Made by a program: the position numbers and the translations under genes. The notes under the pieces are model-generated. The model was not told the DNA's origin. It ran no database searches and worked only from the letters and a program-made list of their open reading frames with translations. From contig JAGAED010000002.1 in assembly GCA_017613275.1 (NCBI GenBank), positions 10,661 through 74,660 on the forward strand: a stretch of DNA of 64,000 nucleotides, written 5' to 3'. Positions 28,788-39,105 of the stretch are shown here, piece after piece; the first letter of the stretch is position 1, and every line of letters starts with the position of its first letter. This stretch comes from Clostridia bacterium. GTDB lineage: Bacteria > Bacillota > Clostridia > TANB77 > CAG-508.

Positions 28788-28928
28788 ATGTTTTTGACAA
28801 ACATAAATTGTTCTAGCAATTGTTTTTATCAAAAAGACGGAAAATGCCAATACTCTCAAATTTCAGTTTCAAGTTTATGTACAAATTCAAAATGTGCATA
28901 TTACAAACAAAAAAATCCAGAACATTAA
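28788..28928 (+). CDS. Small Cys-rich protein (46 aa), DUF1540-like pattern
   Basis: aagaggtg RBS. MFLTNINCSSNCFYQKDGKCQYSQISVSSLCTNSKCAYYKQKNPEH has five Cys in the I.C....C.Y...G.C spacing recalled for DUF1540. The start could instead be TTG 28794. Confidence 0.45.
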   Translation: MFLTNINCSSNCFYQKDGKCQYSQISVSSLCTNSKCAYYKQKNPEH

Positions 28929-28957
28929 TAAGTTCTGGAAAGGGAATAAGAAAATCA

Positions 28958-28983
28958 AAAAGAGCGTTTAATTACGCTCTTTT
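28958..28983 (-). terminator. Terminator of rpmB (hairpin spans the stop codon)
   Basis: aaaagagcgt / acgctctttt, 6-nt loop, T-run on the minus strand. Confidence 0.7.
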
Positions 28984-29169
28984 AACTTTACCATCTTTTA
29001 AACATTTAGCACATACATAAATTCTTTTTGTTTCTCCATTTATTTCAGCTTTAACTCTTCTTAAATTTGGTTCCCATGTTCTAGGTGATCTTTTACTTAT
29101 ATGTGAACGAGTAATGCTAAGTTTATTTCCATGATGACCTGATTTTTCACAAATTGCGCATTTTGCCAT
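28972..29169 (-). CDS. rpmB: 50S ribosomal protein L28
   Basis: MAKCAICEKSGHHGNKLSITRSHISKRSPRTWEPNLRRVK...; 65 aa. The N-terminal extension in the ORF track is rejected. Confidence 0.93.
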   Translation of the reverse strand: MAKCAICEKSGHHGNKLSITRSHISKRSPRTWEPNLRRVKAEINGETKRIYVCAKCLKDGKVKRA

Positions 29170-29392
29170 ATCTACTGCACCTCCTAAAATCTTAAATAAT
29201 AAATTGACTAACAATAAGTTTAACACATTATTTGAAAAAAAACAAGTATTTTTTGAAAAATTCCTTGCAAATTCGTAAAATTATGGTATAATAATTACGT
29301 TATGCGTATATATTGGTTGCTTACGTGGATATAAAAATTAATATATTATATCTATAATTTGCAATCAATTGTTAAAAGAAAGGATGAAGAAA

Positions 29393-30676
29393 ATGAGTAG
29401 TAAAGTTGAAAAAACTAAAAATGCAAATGAAGTAAAAATAGAAGTAACAGTAGAGGCTTCAAAATTTGATGAGGCTATAAAAAAAGTATATTTCCAAAGT
29501 GCGAAATATTTCAATATACCTGGATTTAGAAAAGGTAAAGCACCACTTCAAATAGTAGAAAAATATTATGGAAAAGAAATTTTCTATGAAGATGCTTTTA
29601 ACGAAATAGCACCAGCTGCATTAGAAGAAGCAGTTAAAGAAAACAATTTGGAAGTTGTAAGCAGACCAGATATCGATATAACACAAATCGAAAAAGGAAA
29701 AGATGTTATATTTACAGCTGTATTACAAACAAAACCAGAAGTTGAACTTGAAAAATATAAAGGTATAGAAATTAAAAAAGTTGAGTATAATGTAACAGAT
29801 AAAGATATTGAAGAAGAATTAAAACATATGCAAGAACACAATTCAAGATTAGTTACAGTAGAAGATAGAGCTGTTGAAAGCGGAGATATAGCTGTAATTG
29901 ATTTCGAAGGATTTGTAGATGACAAAGCATTTGAAGGTGGAAAAGGCGAAAACTATGAATTAGAAATAGGAAGCAACACATTTATTCCAGGATTTGAAGA
30001 CCAAGTTATTGGAATGAAAGTTGATGAAGGAAGAGATGTAAAAGTTACATTCCCAGAAGAATATTTCTCAAAAGATTTAGCAGGAAAACCAGCTGTATTC
30101 AAAGTAACATTACATGAAATTAAGAAAAAAGAATTACCAACATTAGATGACGAATTCGCTAAAGATGTAAGTGAATTTGATACATTGGAAGAACTTAAAA
30201 AAGACATCAAAGAAAAGAAAGAAAAAGAAAATGCAGACAAAACAAAATATGAAACAGAAGATGCTGTTATCAAAGCTGTTTGCAAAAATTTAAAGGTTGA
30301 AATTCCATCAGGAATGATAGAAACAGAAACAGAAAACATGTTAAAAGACATTGAACAAAGACTATCATACCAAGGTTTAAAATTAGACCAATACCTAAAA
30401 ATGATGGGTAAAACTCAAGACGAAATGAAAAAAGAATATGAACCTCAAGCTATAGATGCAATAAAATCTAGATTAGCATTGGAAAAAGTAATTGAATTAG
30501 AAAAAATAGAAGCAACAGATAAAGAAGTTGAAGAAAAATTAGAAGAAATGGCTAAAAACTATGGAAAAACTGCAGCTGATTTTAAAGACAATGAAAACAT
30601 AAAAGCATATTTAAAACAAGGAATATTAAATGAAAAAGCAGTTGATTTATTAGTTAAAAGTGCTAAAATGAAATAA
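29393..30676 (+). CDS. tig: Trigger factor
   Basis: N-terminal ribosome-binding motif GFRKGKAP, central FKBP-type PPIase region (IAVIDFEGFVDDKAFEGGKG), position upstream of clpP-clpX. Confidence 0.95.
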   Translation: MSSKVEKTKNANEVKIEVTVEASKFDEAIKKVYFQSAKYFNIPGFRKGKAPLQIVEKYYGKEIFYEDAFNEIAPAALEEAVKENNLEVVSRPDIDITQIEKGKDVIFTAVLQTKPEVELEKYKGIEIKKVEYNVTDKDIEEELKHMQEHNSRLVTVEDRAVESGDIAVIDFEGFVDDKAFEGGKGENYELEIGSNTFIPGFEDQVIGMKVDEGRDVKVTFPEEYFSKDLAGKPAVFKVTLHEIKKKELPTLDDEFAKDVSEFDTLEELKKDIKEKKEKENADKTKYETEDAVIKAVCKNLKVEIPSGMIETETENMLKDIEQRLSYQGLKLDQYLKMMGKTQDEMKKEYEPQAIDAIKSRLALEKVIELEKIEATDKEVEEKLEEMAKNYGKTAADFKDNENIKAYLKQGILNEKAVDLLVKSAKMK

Positions 30677-30709
30677 AAAAATGGGGAAATATTCTATTTC
30701 CCCATTTTT
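30677..30709 (+). terminator. Intrinsic terminator after tig
   Basis: aaaatggggaaat / atttccccatttt. Confidence 0.85.
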
Positions 30710-30770
30710 GTTATTGACAAATTTATTTGTTAGTATATAATAAAACTAATTTTTATAGGAGGAATTTTTT

Positions 30771-31376
30771 ATGTTAGAAAAAAATAGTTTAGTACCTTAT
30801 GTTATTGAACAAACAAGCAAGGGAGAAAGATCTTACGATATATTCTCAAGATTGCTTAAAGATAGAATTATATTTTTAGGAGAAGATGTAAATCCTACAA
30901 CATCAAGCCTAATCATAGCACAATTATTATTCTTAGAATCAGAAGATCCAGATAAAGAAATTTATTTATATATTAACTCACCAGGAGGATCAATTACAGA
31001 TGGAATGGGAATTATAGATACAATGAACTATATAAAATGCCCAGTTTCTACAATTTGTATAGGAATGGCAGCAAGTATGGGAGCAGCTCTTTTAGCAGCT
31101 GGTGAAAAAGGAAAAAGATTTGCAACACCAAATGCAGAAATTTTAATTCATCAACCATTAATCGGTGGTGGCGGAATTTCTGGCCAAGCAACAGAAGTAA
31201 AAATTCATGCAGATCATTTAGTAAAAACAAGAGAAAAATTAAATAAATTCTTAAGTGAAAGAACAGGTCAATCTATCGAAACAATTGAAAAAGATACAGA
31301 AAGAGACAATTACATGACTGCAGAAGAAGCTCTAAAATATGGACTTATTGATGGAATAATGGAAAAAAGAATATAA
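30771..31376 (+). CDS. clpP: ATP-dependent Clp protease proteolytic subunit
   Basis: [16 protein letters not shown] and the catalytic Ser context GMAASMGA. Confidence 0.97.
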   Translation: MLEKNSLVPYVIEQTSKGERSYDIFSRLLKDRIIFLGEDVNPTTSSLIIAQLLFLESEDPDKEIYLYINSPGGSITDGMGIIDTMNYIKCPVSTICIGMAASMGAALLAAGEKGKRFATPNAEILIHQPLIGGGGISGQATEVKIHADHLVKTREKLNKFLSERTGQSIETIEKDTERDNYMTAEEALKYGLIDGIMEKRI

Positions 31377-31395
31377 ATAAAGGAGATATTTATAT

Positions 31396-32715
31396 ATGGC
31401 AAAAAATGATATCCCAAGAAGCGTAAGATGCTCATTTTGTGGAAAAGCTCAAGAAAATGTAAGAAAAATAGTAGCAGGACCAGGAGTATATATATGTGAT
31501 GAATGTGTGGATCTATGTAATAGTATAATTGAAGCTGAATTATATGATGAAGATCCAGGTTATGAATTAGCAGAACATATACCAAGTCCACAAGAAATAA
31601 AAAATATATTAGATGAATATGTAATAGGACAAGAAGATGCTAAAAAATCATTGTCTGTTGCGGTTTACAACCATTATAAAAGAATAATGCACGAAGAAGA
31701 TGGAATAAACAAAAAAGATGATGTAGAAATCCAAAAAAGTAATATCTTGCTTTTAGGACCAACAGGTTGTGGAAAAACATTGTTAGCAAAAACATTGGCA
31801 AAAATTCTAAATGTGCCATTTGCAATAGCAGATGCTACAACACTTACAGAAGCAGGCTATGTTGGAGAAGACGTTGAAAACATTCTTTTAAAACTAATTC
31901 AAGCAGCAGATGGAGATGTTCAAAAAGCTCAAAAAGGAATTATTTACATTGACGAAATAGACAAAATAACAAGAAAATCTGAAAATACATCTATAACAAG
32001 AGATGTAAGCGGAGAAGGTGTGCAACAAGCATTACTAAAAATAGTAGAAGGAACAGTTGCATCAGTTCCACCACAAGGTGGTAGAAAACATCCAAATCAA
32101 GAGTTAATACAAATAAATACAGAGAATATTCTGTTTATTTGTGGTGGGGCTTTTGAAGGACTAGAAAATATCATAAAAGATAGAACTGGTGAAAAAGCTA
32201 TTGGATTTGGAACAAAAATCCAAAGTAAAAAAGAAATAGACAAATATGAAGTATTTAAAGAATTATTACCACAAGACTTATTAAAATTTGGTTTGATTCC
32301 AGAATTTATAGGAAGATTACCAATAATCGCAACATTAAAAGATTTAGATAAAGAAGCTTTAATTAAAATTCTAGTAGAACCTAAAAATGCCTTAGTAAAA
32401 CAATATACTAAATTATTCGAAATTGATGGAGTTCAGTTAGAATTTAAAGAAGAAGCTCTAGAAGCAATTGTAGAAAAAGCAATTGAAAGAAAAACAGGAG
32501 CAAGAGGATTAAGGTCAATTATTGAAGAAATAATGAGAGATATAATGTTTGATATTCCATCAAATCCAAACATTGTAAAATGCATTATAACAAAAGAAAC
32601 TGTAATTGAGCAAAAAGAACCAGAGGTAGTTATAAGTGAACTATCACAAGAAAAAAATCTTCTTAAAAAACCAAGAAGAATAGCCCCTGAAAAAGATAAA
32701 CAAGAAACAGCATAA
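31396..32715 (+). CDS. clpX: ATP-dependent Clp protease ATP-binding subunit ClpX
   Basis: N-terminal zinc finger CSFCGK...CDECV, Walker A GPTGCGKT, Walker [10 protein letters not shown]. Confidence 0.97.
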   Translation: MAKNDIPRSVRCSFCGKAQENVRKIVAGPGVYICDECVDLCNSIIEAELYDEDPGYELAEHIPSPQEIKNILDEYVIGQEDAKKSLSVAVYNHYKRIMHEEDGINKKDDVEIQKSNILLLGPTGCGKTLLAKTLAKILNVPFAIADATTLTEAGYVGEDVENILLKLIQAADGDVQKAQKGIIYIDEIDKITRKSENTSITRDVSGEGVQQALLKIVEGTVASVPPQGGRKHPNQELIQINTENILFICGGAFEGLENIIKDRTGEKAIGFGTKIQSKKEIDKYEVFKELLPQDLLKFGLIPEFIGRLPIIATLKDLDKEALIKILVEPKNALVKQYTKLFEIDGVQLEFKEEALEAIVEKAIERKTGARGLRSIIEEIMRDIMFDIPSNPNIVKCIITKETVIEQKEPEVVISELSQEKNLLKKPRRIAPEKDKQETA

Positions 32716-32720
32716 ATTCG

Positions 32721-32752
32721 AAAGGTTATTTCAAGAAGAAATAACCTTTTTT
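32721..32752 (+). terminator. Intrinsic terminator after clpX
   Basis: aaaggttatttc / gaaataaccttt plus T-run. Confidence 0.85.
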
Positions 32753-32831
32753 GTTCAAAAATTACTTGTAAAAACCCATATTTTGGTGTAAAATACATAA
32801 TGTAAAAAGAAAATAGGAGGAAGGTTAACAA

Positions 32832-33887
32832 ATGAGATTTGTAACAGACGAAGAATCAAAAAAAGAATATAAAAAATTTTTAGAAGGACATGAGAGATGC
32901 AACTTCCAACAATCATTAGAATGGGCAAAAGTAAAAGATAACTGGAAAAATGAAGTAATACTTGCCGAAGATAATAATGGAAAAATAATAGGTTCAATGA
33001 GCGTTTTGATTAGAAAAATACCTATCTTTGGAAATATAATGTATTCTTCTAGAGGACCAGTATGTGATATACATGATTTAAATGCTATGAAACAACTTAC
33101 AGAAGGAGCAAAAGAATTAGCGAAAAAATATAAAGCAATAGTATTAAGAATCGAGCCAGATATAGAAAGTAGCGACAACGAATTTAGAGAATTAGCTATA
33201 AATCTAGGCTATAAAATAAAAGACGATGCAAAAGACTTTAAGGATGAAATACAACCAAGATATGTATTTAGACTTGATATAAAAGGGAAAACAGAAGAAG
33301 AGGTAATGGCAGGATTTCACCAAAAATGGAGATATAATATAAGACTAGCAACTAAAAAAGGTGTAGAAGTAAAAGAAGGAACAAGGGAAGATATAAAAGA
33401 CTTCCATAAAATAATGGTGGAAACAGGAGCAAGAGATGATTTTATAATAAGACCATTAGAATATTTTGAAAAGATGTATGATAATCTAGCACCAGATCAC
33501 ATGAAAGTATTAATGGCATATTACGAAGGAAAGCCAATTTCAGGAGTTATACCAATCTTCTATGGAAACAAAACATGGTATTTATATGGTGCAAGTAGTA
33601 ACCAACATAGAAACTTAATGCCAAATTACCTATTACAATGGGAAATGATAAAAATGGCATTAGCAAGAAAAGACGATGTTTACGATTTTAGAGGTGTTTC
33701 TGGAGTTGTAGATGAAAGTCACCCACAATATGGATTATATAGATTTAAAAAAGGATTTGGAGCAACATTTACAGAATTTATCGGAGAAGTATATATGCCT
33801 TATAAACCATTAACATATAAGATGTATAGATTTTCAGAGAAAATGTTTAGAACAATGAGAGAACTAAAAAGAAAAATAAAAAAATAA
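32832..33887 (+). CDS. FemAB-family peptidoglycan interpeptide-bridge aminoacyltransferase
   Basis: 351 aa. FQQSLEWAKVK..., WRYNIRLATKKGV and YLLQWEMIKMA are typical of lipid II:aminoacyl-tRNA transferases. Confidence 0.85.
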   Translation: MRFVTDEESKKEYKKFLEGHERCNFQQSLEWAKVKDNWKNEVILAEDNNGKIIGSMSVLIRKIPIFGNIMYSSRGPVCDIHDLNAMKQLTEGAKELAKKYKAIVLRIEPDIESSDNEFRELAINLGYKIKDDAKDFKDEIQPRYVFRLDIKGKTEEEVMAGFHQKWRYNIRLATKKGVEVKEGTREDIKDFHKIMVETGARDDFIIRPLEYFEKMYDNLAPDHMKVLMAYYEGKPISGVIPIFYGNKTWYLYGASSNQHRNLMPNYLLQWEMIKMALARKDDVYDFRGVSGVVDESHPQYGLYRFKKGFGATFTEFIGEVYMPYKPLTYKMYRFSEKMFRTMRELKRKIKK

Positions 33888-33944
33888 AATATAATACAAT
33901 TTTCACACAATAGACATAATTTAATTTTATAATGTTAAAAATAT

Positions 33945-33963
33945 CGGAGCACTATGTGCTCCG
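33945..33963. other. GC-rich 8-bp hairpin without U-tail upstream of the response regulator gene
   Basis: cggagcac-tat-gtgctccg. Followed by taaaaaat on + and preceded by aaaaatat. Confidence 0.5.
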
Positions 33964-33999
33964 TAAAAAATAACCATAAAAATCGCAGGAGATGGTGGA

Positions 34000-34668
34000 A
34001 TGAATATTTTGGTAGTTGATGATGAACAAAGAATGAGAAAATTAGTAAAAGACTTTCTTGTATCTAGTGGTTATAGCGTATTAGAAGCAGAAGACGGAGA
34101 AAAAGCTTTAGATGTTTTTCAAGAAAATAAAAATAAAATAGATTTAATTTTATTAGATGTTATGATGCCCAAATTAGATGGCTGGTCAGTTTTAAGACAA
34201 ATTAGACAAGAATCCAAAGTACCAATAATAATGCTTACAGCAAGAGGAGAAGAACAAGACGAGCTATTTGGGTTTGAGCTAGGTGTAGATGAATATATTT
34301 CAAAACCATTCAGCCCTAAAATTCTAGTTGCAAGAGTACAAGCAATATTAAAAAGAACATCAGATGAAGGAAATGAAGCAACAGATTATGGTGGAATTGA
34401 AATAGACAAAAGTGGTAGAACAGTCAAAATTGAAGGAAAAACAATAGAATTAAGTTTGAGAGAATACGAACTATTGTTATATTTGGTAGAAAACCAAAAC
34501 ATTGCATTATCTCGAGATAAAATCCTAAATAATGTCTGGAATTATGACTATTATGGTGATTCAAGAACAATAGATAGTCATATAAAAAAGATTAGACATA
34601 AACTAGGAAAAAAAGGAAAATTTATAAAAACAATAAGAGGGATAGGGTATAAATTTGAAGTTAAATAA
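34000..34668 (+). CDS. OmpR/PhoB-family response regulator
   Basis: Receiver domain (ILVVDDE...DLILLDVMMPKLDG) and winged-helix output domain (IRGIGYKF). Confidence 0.93.
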   Translation: MNILVVDDEQRMRKLVKDFLVSSGYSVLEAEDGEKALDVFQENKNKIDLILLDVMMPKLDGWSVLRQIRQESKVPIIMLTARGEEQDELFGFELGVDEYISKPFSPKILVARVQAILKRTSDEGNEATDYGGIEIDKSGRTVKIEGKTIELSLREYELLLYLVENQNIALSRDKILNNVWNYDYYGDSRTIDSHIKKIRHKLGKKGKFIKTIRGIGYKFEVK

Positions 34669-36160
34669 TATAAAGGAATCGTTAAAATCAGTTAGAGTAA
34701 AGCTATTTTTAACATTAAGCATAACCGTATTAGTAATAATATTTTTTCTAATAATACTAAATAATTTCGTATTAGAATCTTATTATTTGTTAACAAAACA
34801 AAAAGCTTTAAAAACTGTATATGATCAAATAAATACATTCTATAAAAATAATGTATCTGAACAATATATTGAAAACGAATTAGAGAGACTTTCTGTAATG
34901 CACAATTTTGATATCTTGATAAGGAATCAAAATAATGATAATATATACAATTCGGGAAAAAACTTTTTTATTTCACCAGATGAGATAACAGGAACTAAGA
35001 GTATAATTCCGAAAAATGTAGAAGAAAATCTTGAACAAACCGAAAATTATTCAATAAAGAAAATGACAGATTACAGAAATGGCTTTACATACATAATTCT
35101 TTCAGGGAAGCTAGATAATGGATGTTGGGTATATTTAAGAATACCAATAACCGCAATTCAAGATAGTGTTAAGATTTCTAACAATTTCTTATACTTAATT
35201 GCTGGTTTTACAATTGCAATTGGAGCAATAATTATAATAGTTGTTTCAAGAAAATTTACAGACCCAATATTGGAATTAAATGACATAGCCAAGAAAATGT
35301 CAAAATTAGATTTTAGCCAAAAATATAGGGTTAATGATGACGAAGATGAAATAAATACCCTTGGAAAAAGTATAAATATAATGTCAGACAAACTAGAAAA
35401 GACAATTAAGCAATTAAAACAAACTAATATGGAACTTGAAAAAGATATAGAAGAAAAATCTAAAATTGATGAAATGAGAAAAAGTTTTATATCAGATGTT
35501 TCACATGAATTAAAAACACCAATTGCTTTAATACAAGGATACAGCGAAGGGTTAATTGAAAATGTAAATACAGATGAGGAAAATAGAAAATTTTATGCAG
35601 AAGTTATTTTAGATGAAATAAACAAAATGGATAAACTAGTAAAACAATTGCTAGAACTAATGAAACTTGAATATGGAAAGCGAGAATTTGATAATAAAGA
35701 GTTTAACATAGTTGAGTTAGAGAAGGAAATAATTAGAAAATCTAAGGTAATGCTTGAAGAAAAAAATATAAAAATAAAATTTAAAGAAGATAAAAAAGTA
35801 AATGTATTTGCAGACGAATTTTATATTGAACAGATACTTACAAATTATTTCACAAATGCCGTAAAAAATGTAAAAGAAGTAAATAAGAAAAAATATATAG
35901 AAATTTCAAATTATATCGATTTAGAGAAAAAACTGGTAAGAATTAAAGTATTTAATACTGGAGAAAATATAAAAGAAGAAGATATGTTTAGAATTTGGAA
36001 TAGATTCTATAAAGCAGATGAATCAAGAAATAGACAAGATGGGGGAACAGGAATTGGACTTTCAATTGTTAAAGCTATAATGAACAATTATGAGCAAGAC
36101 TATGGTATTGTAAATAAAGAAAACGGAGTTGAATTCTATTTTGAACTAAAAATGAATTAA
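34655..36160 (+). CDS. Sensor histidine kinase (2 TM, HAMP, HisKA, HATPase_c)
   Basis: H-box SDVSHELKTPI, N/G boxes (NAVKN, DGGTGIGLSIV). Overlaps the regulator gene by 14 nt. Confidence 0.92.
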   Translation: MKLNNIKESLKSVRVKLFLTLSITVLVIIFFLIILNNFVLESYYLLTKQKALKTVYDQINTFYKNNVSEQYIENELERLSVMHNFDILIRNQNNDNIYNSGKNFFISPDEITGTKSIIPKNVEENLEQTENYSIKKMTDYRNGFTYIILSGKLDNGCWVYLRIPITAIQDSVKISNNFLYLIAGFTIAIGAIIIIVVSRKFTDPILELNDIAKKMSKLDFSQKYRVNDDEDEINTLGKSINIMSDKLEKTIKQLKQTNMELEKDIEEKSKIDEMRKSFISDVSHELKTPIALIQGYSEGLIENVNTDEENRKFYAEVILDEINKMDKLVKQLLELMKLEYGKREFDNKEFNIVELEKEIIRKSKVMLEEKNIKIKFKEDKKVNVFADEFYIEQILTNYFTNAVKNVKEVNKKKYIEISNYIDLEKKLVRIKVFNTGENIKEEDMFRIWNRFYKADESRNRQDGGTGIGLSIVKAIMNNYEQDYGIVNKENGVEFYFELKMN

Positions 36161-36167
36161 ATAAACT

Positions 36168-36192
36168 AAAAAGGCTGTATTACAGCCTTTTT
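36168..36192. terminator. Bidirectional terminator between the kinase gene and the convergent U32 gene
   Basis: aaggctg-tatta-cagcctt flanked by an A-run and a T-run. Confidence 0.8.
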
Positions 36193-38614
36193 AAATTTCT
36201 CTATTTAAATTTCCGTTAGTAAATTCTTTTCCTTCAAATCTTTCATTATTCTTAACTTTATTGATTATTTCATTTATTTTAGAAATATCTTCATGTAAAA
36301 TATCAATTCTTGCAAAATCTAAATTGAATTCAGAAGGCAAGATAGAAAAGATTTTACTGTTATAAATTGTTGTAACAGTTTGAATATTATCCGGCAAAAT
36401 TTCAAAATCCATATTCATTCTATCTTTTAAATAGTAAGTTTCATCGCTATTTAAACATTCTGCCTCACACTTTGGATAACATTTATTAGTTTTTCCCAGC
36501 AAACAATAATTAGTATTTATAACAGGTATTTTACCATAAACAATCAATTCTTTTTTGCAATAATTTCCCAAGCTTAAAATAGCATTTTTATCTAGTTCTG
36601 GGCTAACATTATATTTAGTAATACCAAGGGATTTAAGCTCTTTTATAGTAAAATTGTTGTAAATATTAAATGTATAATTTGCAATAAGTTCTAAATTATT
36701 ATATTTTTCTAGTAAATCTTTAATTAAAACAAAATTAGAAATATTAGAAACCACAAACCCTTTGATTTTATATAAATCCATGGCTTTTTCAATATTATTA
36801 TAAAAAAGATTTCTATAATTTGCCTTTATTATTGTAGGTAAATAGATATATAAATTAAACTTATTACATAATATGTTTAAAATATTACTATATTTCTTAT
36901 CTGAAAAATATTTTAATGGAATATATAAATTATCAATATTTTCCAATTTTGAATAGTCATAATTTTCATTCAAGATATTTAAAAGTACTGAAATTTTTGG
37001 ATTTCCTTTTTTAGTAATATTAATTTTCGACATCAATATGGCTTTATTAATAGGTTTGCGAGCTATTTTTTGGATTGCATAATCTTTAACCATTTCTAAA
37101 ATATTTCTTCTCAATTCATTTAACAAACTTAGCTTTGTTATAAAAACATTTTTATCAAGCTCAACAGTTATTTTAGAAAATTCATAAATAGTATTTCCGG
37201 TTTTATTAATTTTCTCTATAACAGTAGAAGTATCGAGTGGTTTATTTATAGCTTCAATAGGCATTTCATTTAAATAGAAAGTTAAATCTAAATTTTTGTA
37301 TAAATCTATTTCACTTGAACTTTTAACTCTAATAGAAATAGGCAATCCCTTTTTGATAGTAACTTTTGCTAGTAAAGGGATTTTTCTATTTTCTTGTTTT
37401 ATACTATTTAAAGCTGATAAATTGAGCTCTTTAGAAGACATTTTAAAAACTTTATCACCTAAATTTATATTGCCTTTCATCCTTCCAATTACTACAGTTT
37501 GATTAATTTTTCCAATTTCAATATTTTCTAATTTATTAAAATTTTCTTCCATTAACTCAGAAATTGTATAAGTTCCATTCTCTTTTTCCAAAGAAATTGT
37601 ATCACCAATTTGAACATTTTCTTTTAATTTTAAAGTGATATATCCTTTGTTTTTATTATAACTTTGAACAATTCCAAGAGGCAATCCCATATTATTTGGT
37701 TTTTCTTTATATATTAAATCAGTATTAGCATCTTTTTGTAAATGACCAGTAGAAGATAGACCACGGTTAAATACTTGCAATAGATCTTTTTTATCTTTAT
37801 TATCTATTACAAATTCCTTACCAGAAAGTGCTAAATCTATGTATTTTCTATAAATTCTCGTAACGATTGCAACATATTCCGGAGTTTTCATTCTTCCTTC
37901 AATTTTAAAAGAAGTAACACCAGCGTTAATTAGAAATGGTAAAAATTCTAATCCGCACAAATCTTTTGGGGAAATAATATATCCATTATCAATTTTAGTG
38001 CCTTCCTTATTGACAAGATTATATGGAAGTCTACAAGGTTGAGCACATTTTCCACGGTTACCAGATCTGCCACCAATCATGCTAGAAAATAGACATTGAC
38101 CAGAATAACAAAAGCATAAAGCACCGTGAATAAAACATTCTATTTCTACATCAGAATTCTTACAAATATACTCAATCTCTGGTGCAGATAACTCTCTTGC
38201 TAAAACAACACGCTTAAAGCCTAGTTCTTGTAATTGTAAAACACCGTGCAAATTATGAACAGACATCTGAGTACTTGCATGTACTGCTAAATCTGGAAAA
38301 TCTTTAATAAGTTTCAATCCTAATCCTAAATCTTGAACGATAATTGCATCAATTCCAAATTCATAAGCTTTTTTAGCAAGATTATAAGCATCTTCAAATT
38401 CTTCATCTTTAATTAAAGTGTTTAAAGTTAAGTTGGTACGAACACCTCTTAATTTTGCATATTCAATAGCTTTTGCTAAATTTTCTGAATTAAAATTAGA
38501 AGCAGAAGCTCTAGCACTAAAACTTGTAGCTCCAAAATAAACACAATTTGCACCATTTTGAACAGCAGCCTTTAAGCACTCAAAATCTCCTACAGGAGAA
38601 AGCAATTCTACCAT
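36191..38614 (-). CDS. Peptidase U32 family protein, long (807 aa) form
   Basis: N-terminus ELLSPVGDFECLKAAVQNGANCVYFG and the Cys-rich core E.FIHGALCFCYSGQCLFSS...GNRGKCAQPCR, characteristic of U32. Confidence 0.9.
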   Translation of the reverse strand: MVELLSPVGDFECLKAAVQNGANCVYFGATSFSARASASNFNSENLAKAIEYAKLRGVRTNLTLNTLIKDEEFEDAYNLAKKAYEFGIDAIIVQDLGLGLKLIKDFPDLAVHASTQMSVHNLHGVLQLQELGFKRVVLARELSAPEIEYICKNSDVEIECFIHGALCFCYSGQCLFSSMIGGRSGNRGKCAQPCRLPYNLVNKEGTKIDNGYIISPKDLCGLEFLPFLINAGVTSFKIEGRMKTPEYVAIVTRIYRKYIDLALSGKEFVIDNKDKKDLLQVFNRGLSSTGHLQKDANTDLIYKEKPNNMGLPLGIVQSYNKNKGYITLKLKENVQIGDTISLEKENGTYTISELMEENFNKLENIEIGKINQTVVIGRMKGNINLGDKVFKMSSKELNLSALNSIKQENRKIPLLAKVTIKKGLPISIRVKSSSEIDLYKNLDLTFYLNEMPIEAINKPLDTSTVIEKINKTGNTIYEFSKITVELDKNVFITKLSLLNELRRNILEMVKDYAIQKIARKPINKAILMSKINITKKGNPKISVLLNILNENYDYSKLENIDNLYIPLKYFSDKKYSNILNILCNKFNLYIYLPTIIKANYRNLFYNNIEKAMDLYKIKGFVVSNISNFVLIKDLLEKYNNLELIANYTFNIYNNFTIKELKSLGITKYNVSPELDKNAILSLGNYCKKELIVYGKIPVINTNYCLLGKTNKCYPKCEAECLNSDETYYLKDRMNMDFEILPDNIQTVTTIYNSKIFSILPSEFNLDFARIDILHEDISKINEIINKVKNNERFEGKEFTNGNLNREI

Positions 38615-38782
38615 AAAAAACTCCTTTAAATAAAATCACTATAATTCGAATAAATTATAACATAAATTTCAACAAATGCCAACATTCACATATAAAAATA
38701 CTTGACTTTTTATTTAAATGAAAATAAAATATATGTACATAAGCGGTAGGTTCAAACAAGTTACTTGAAGGAGGCATGCATA

Positions 38783-38995
38783 ATGAAATTGTTTGAAGTT
38801 TTTGAGAGATTCGCTAATCTCGATAAGTTCAAAGAAGGTTTTGAGAGGTTCGCTAATCCCAATAAATTTAGGGATGAACAGAAGCGAAAAGCTGAAGAAG
38901 CTAGGCATGCTGAAGAACAAGCGGAAGCTATGAGAAAGGCAGCCGAAGAAGCCGAACGTAAGAGAATCGAACAGAAAAGGGAAAAAAACAAATAA
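38783..38995 (+). CDS. Hypothetical 70-aa charged protein with tandem FERFAN motif
   Basis: aaggagg 8 nt upstream of ATG 38783. MKLFEVFERFANLDKFKEGFERFANPNKF followed by a K/E/A-rich predicted helix. DNA repeat tttgagagattcgctaatc / tttgagaggttcgctaatc. Confidence 0.6.
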   Translation: MKLFEVFERFANLDKFKEGFERFANPNKFRDEQKRKAEEARHAEEQAEAMRKAAEEAERKRIEQKREKNK

Positions 38996-39011
38996 TTTGA
39001 CCAAAAACTTT

Positions 39012-39037
39012 AAAAGAGCAGTAAATACTGCTCTTTT
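39012..39037 (+). terminator. Intrinsic terminator after the small charged protein gene
   Basis: aaaagagcagta / tactgctctttt, 2-nt loop. Confidence 0.8.
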
Positions 39038-39105
39038 AGTATGGACAAAAACGCTAAAATATGGTAAAATTTTAATATGATTTTTGGAAAAAGAAGGAAT
39101 AAAAG

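Noticed and set aside
28391-28970. smpB or tmRNA (ssrA) downstream of rnr, as in many Firmicutes
   Set aside because: No tRNA-Ala-like acceptor/T-arm or tag-peptide reading frame is visible. The spacer is explained by spoVM and the other small ORFs.
28551-29020. ORF-track entries 28551..28751 (+) and 28820..29020 (+)
   Set aside because: The first is antisense to the RBS-equipped 50-aa membrane peptide. The second is out of frame with the RBS-equipped Cys-rich ORF and runs into the rpmB terminator and coding region.
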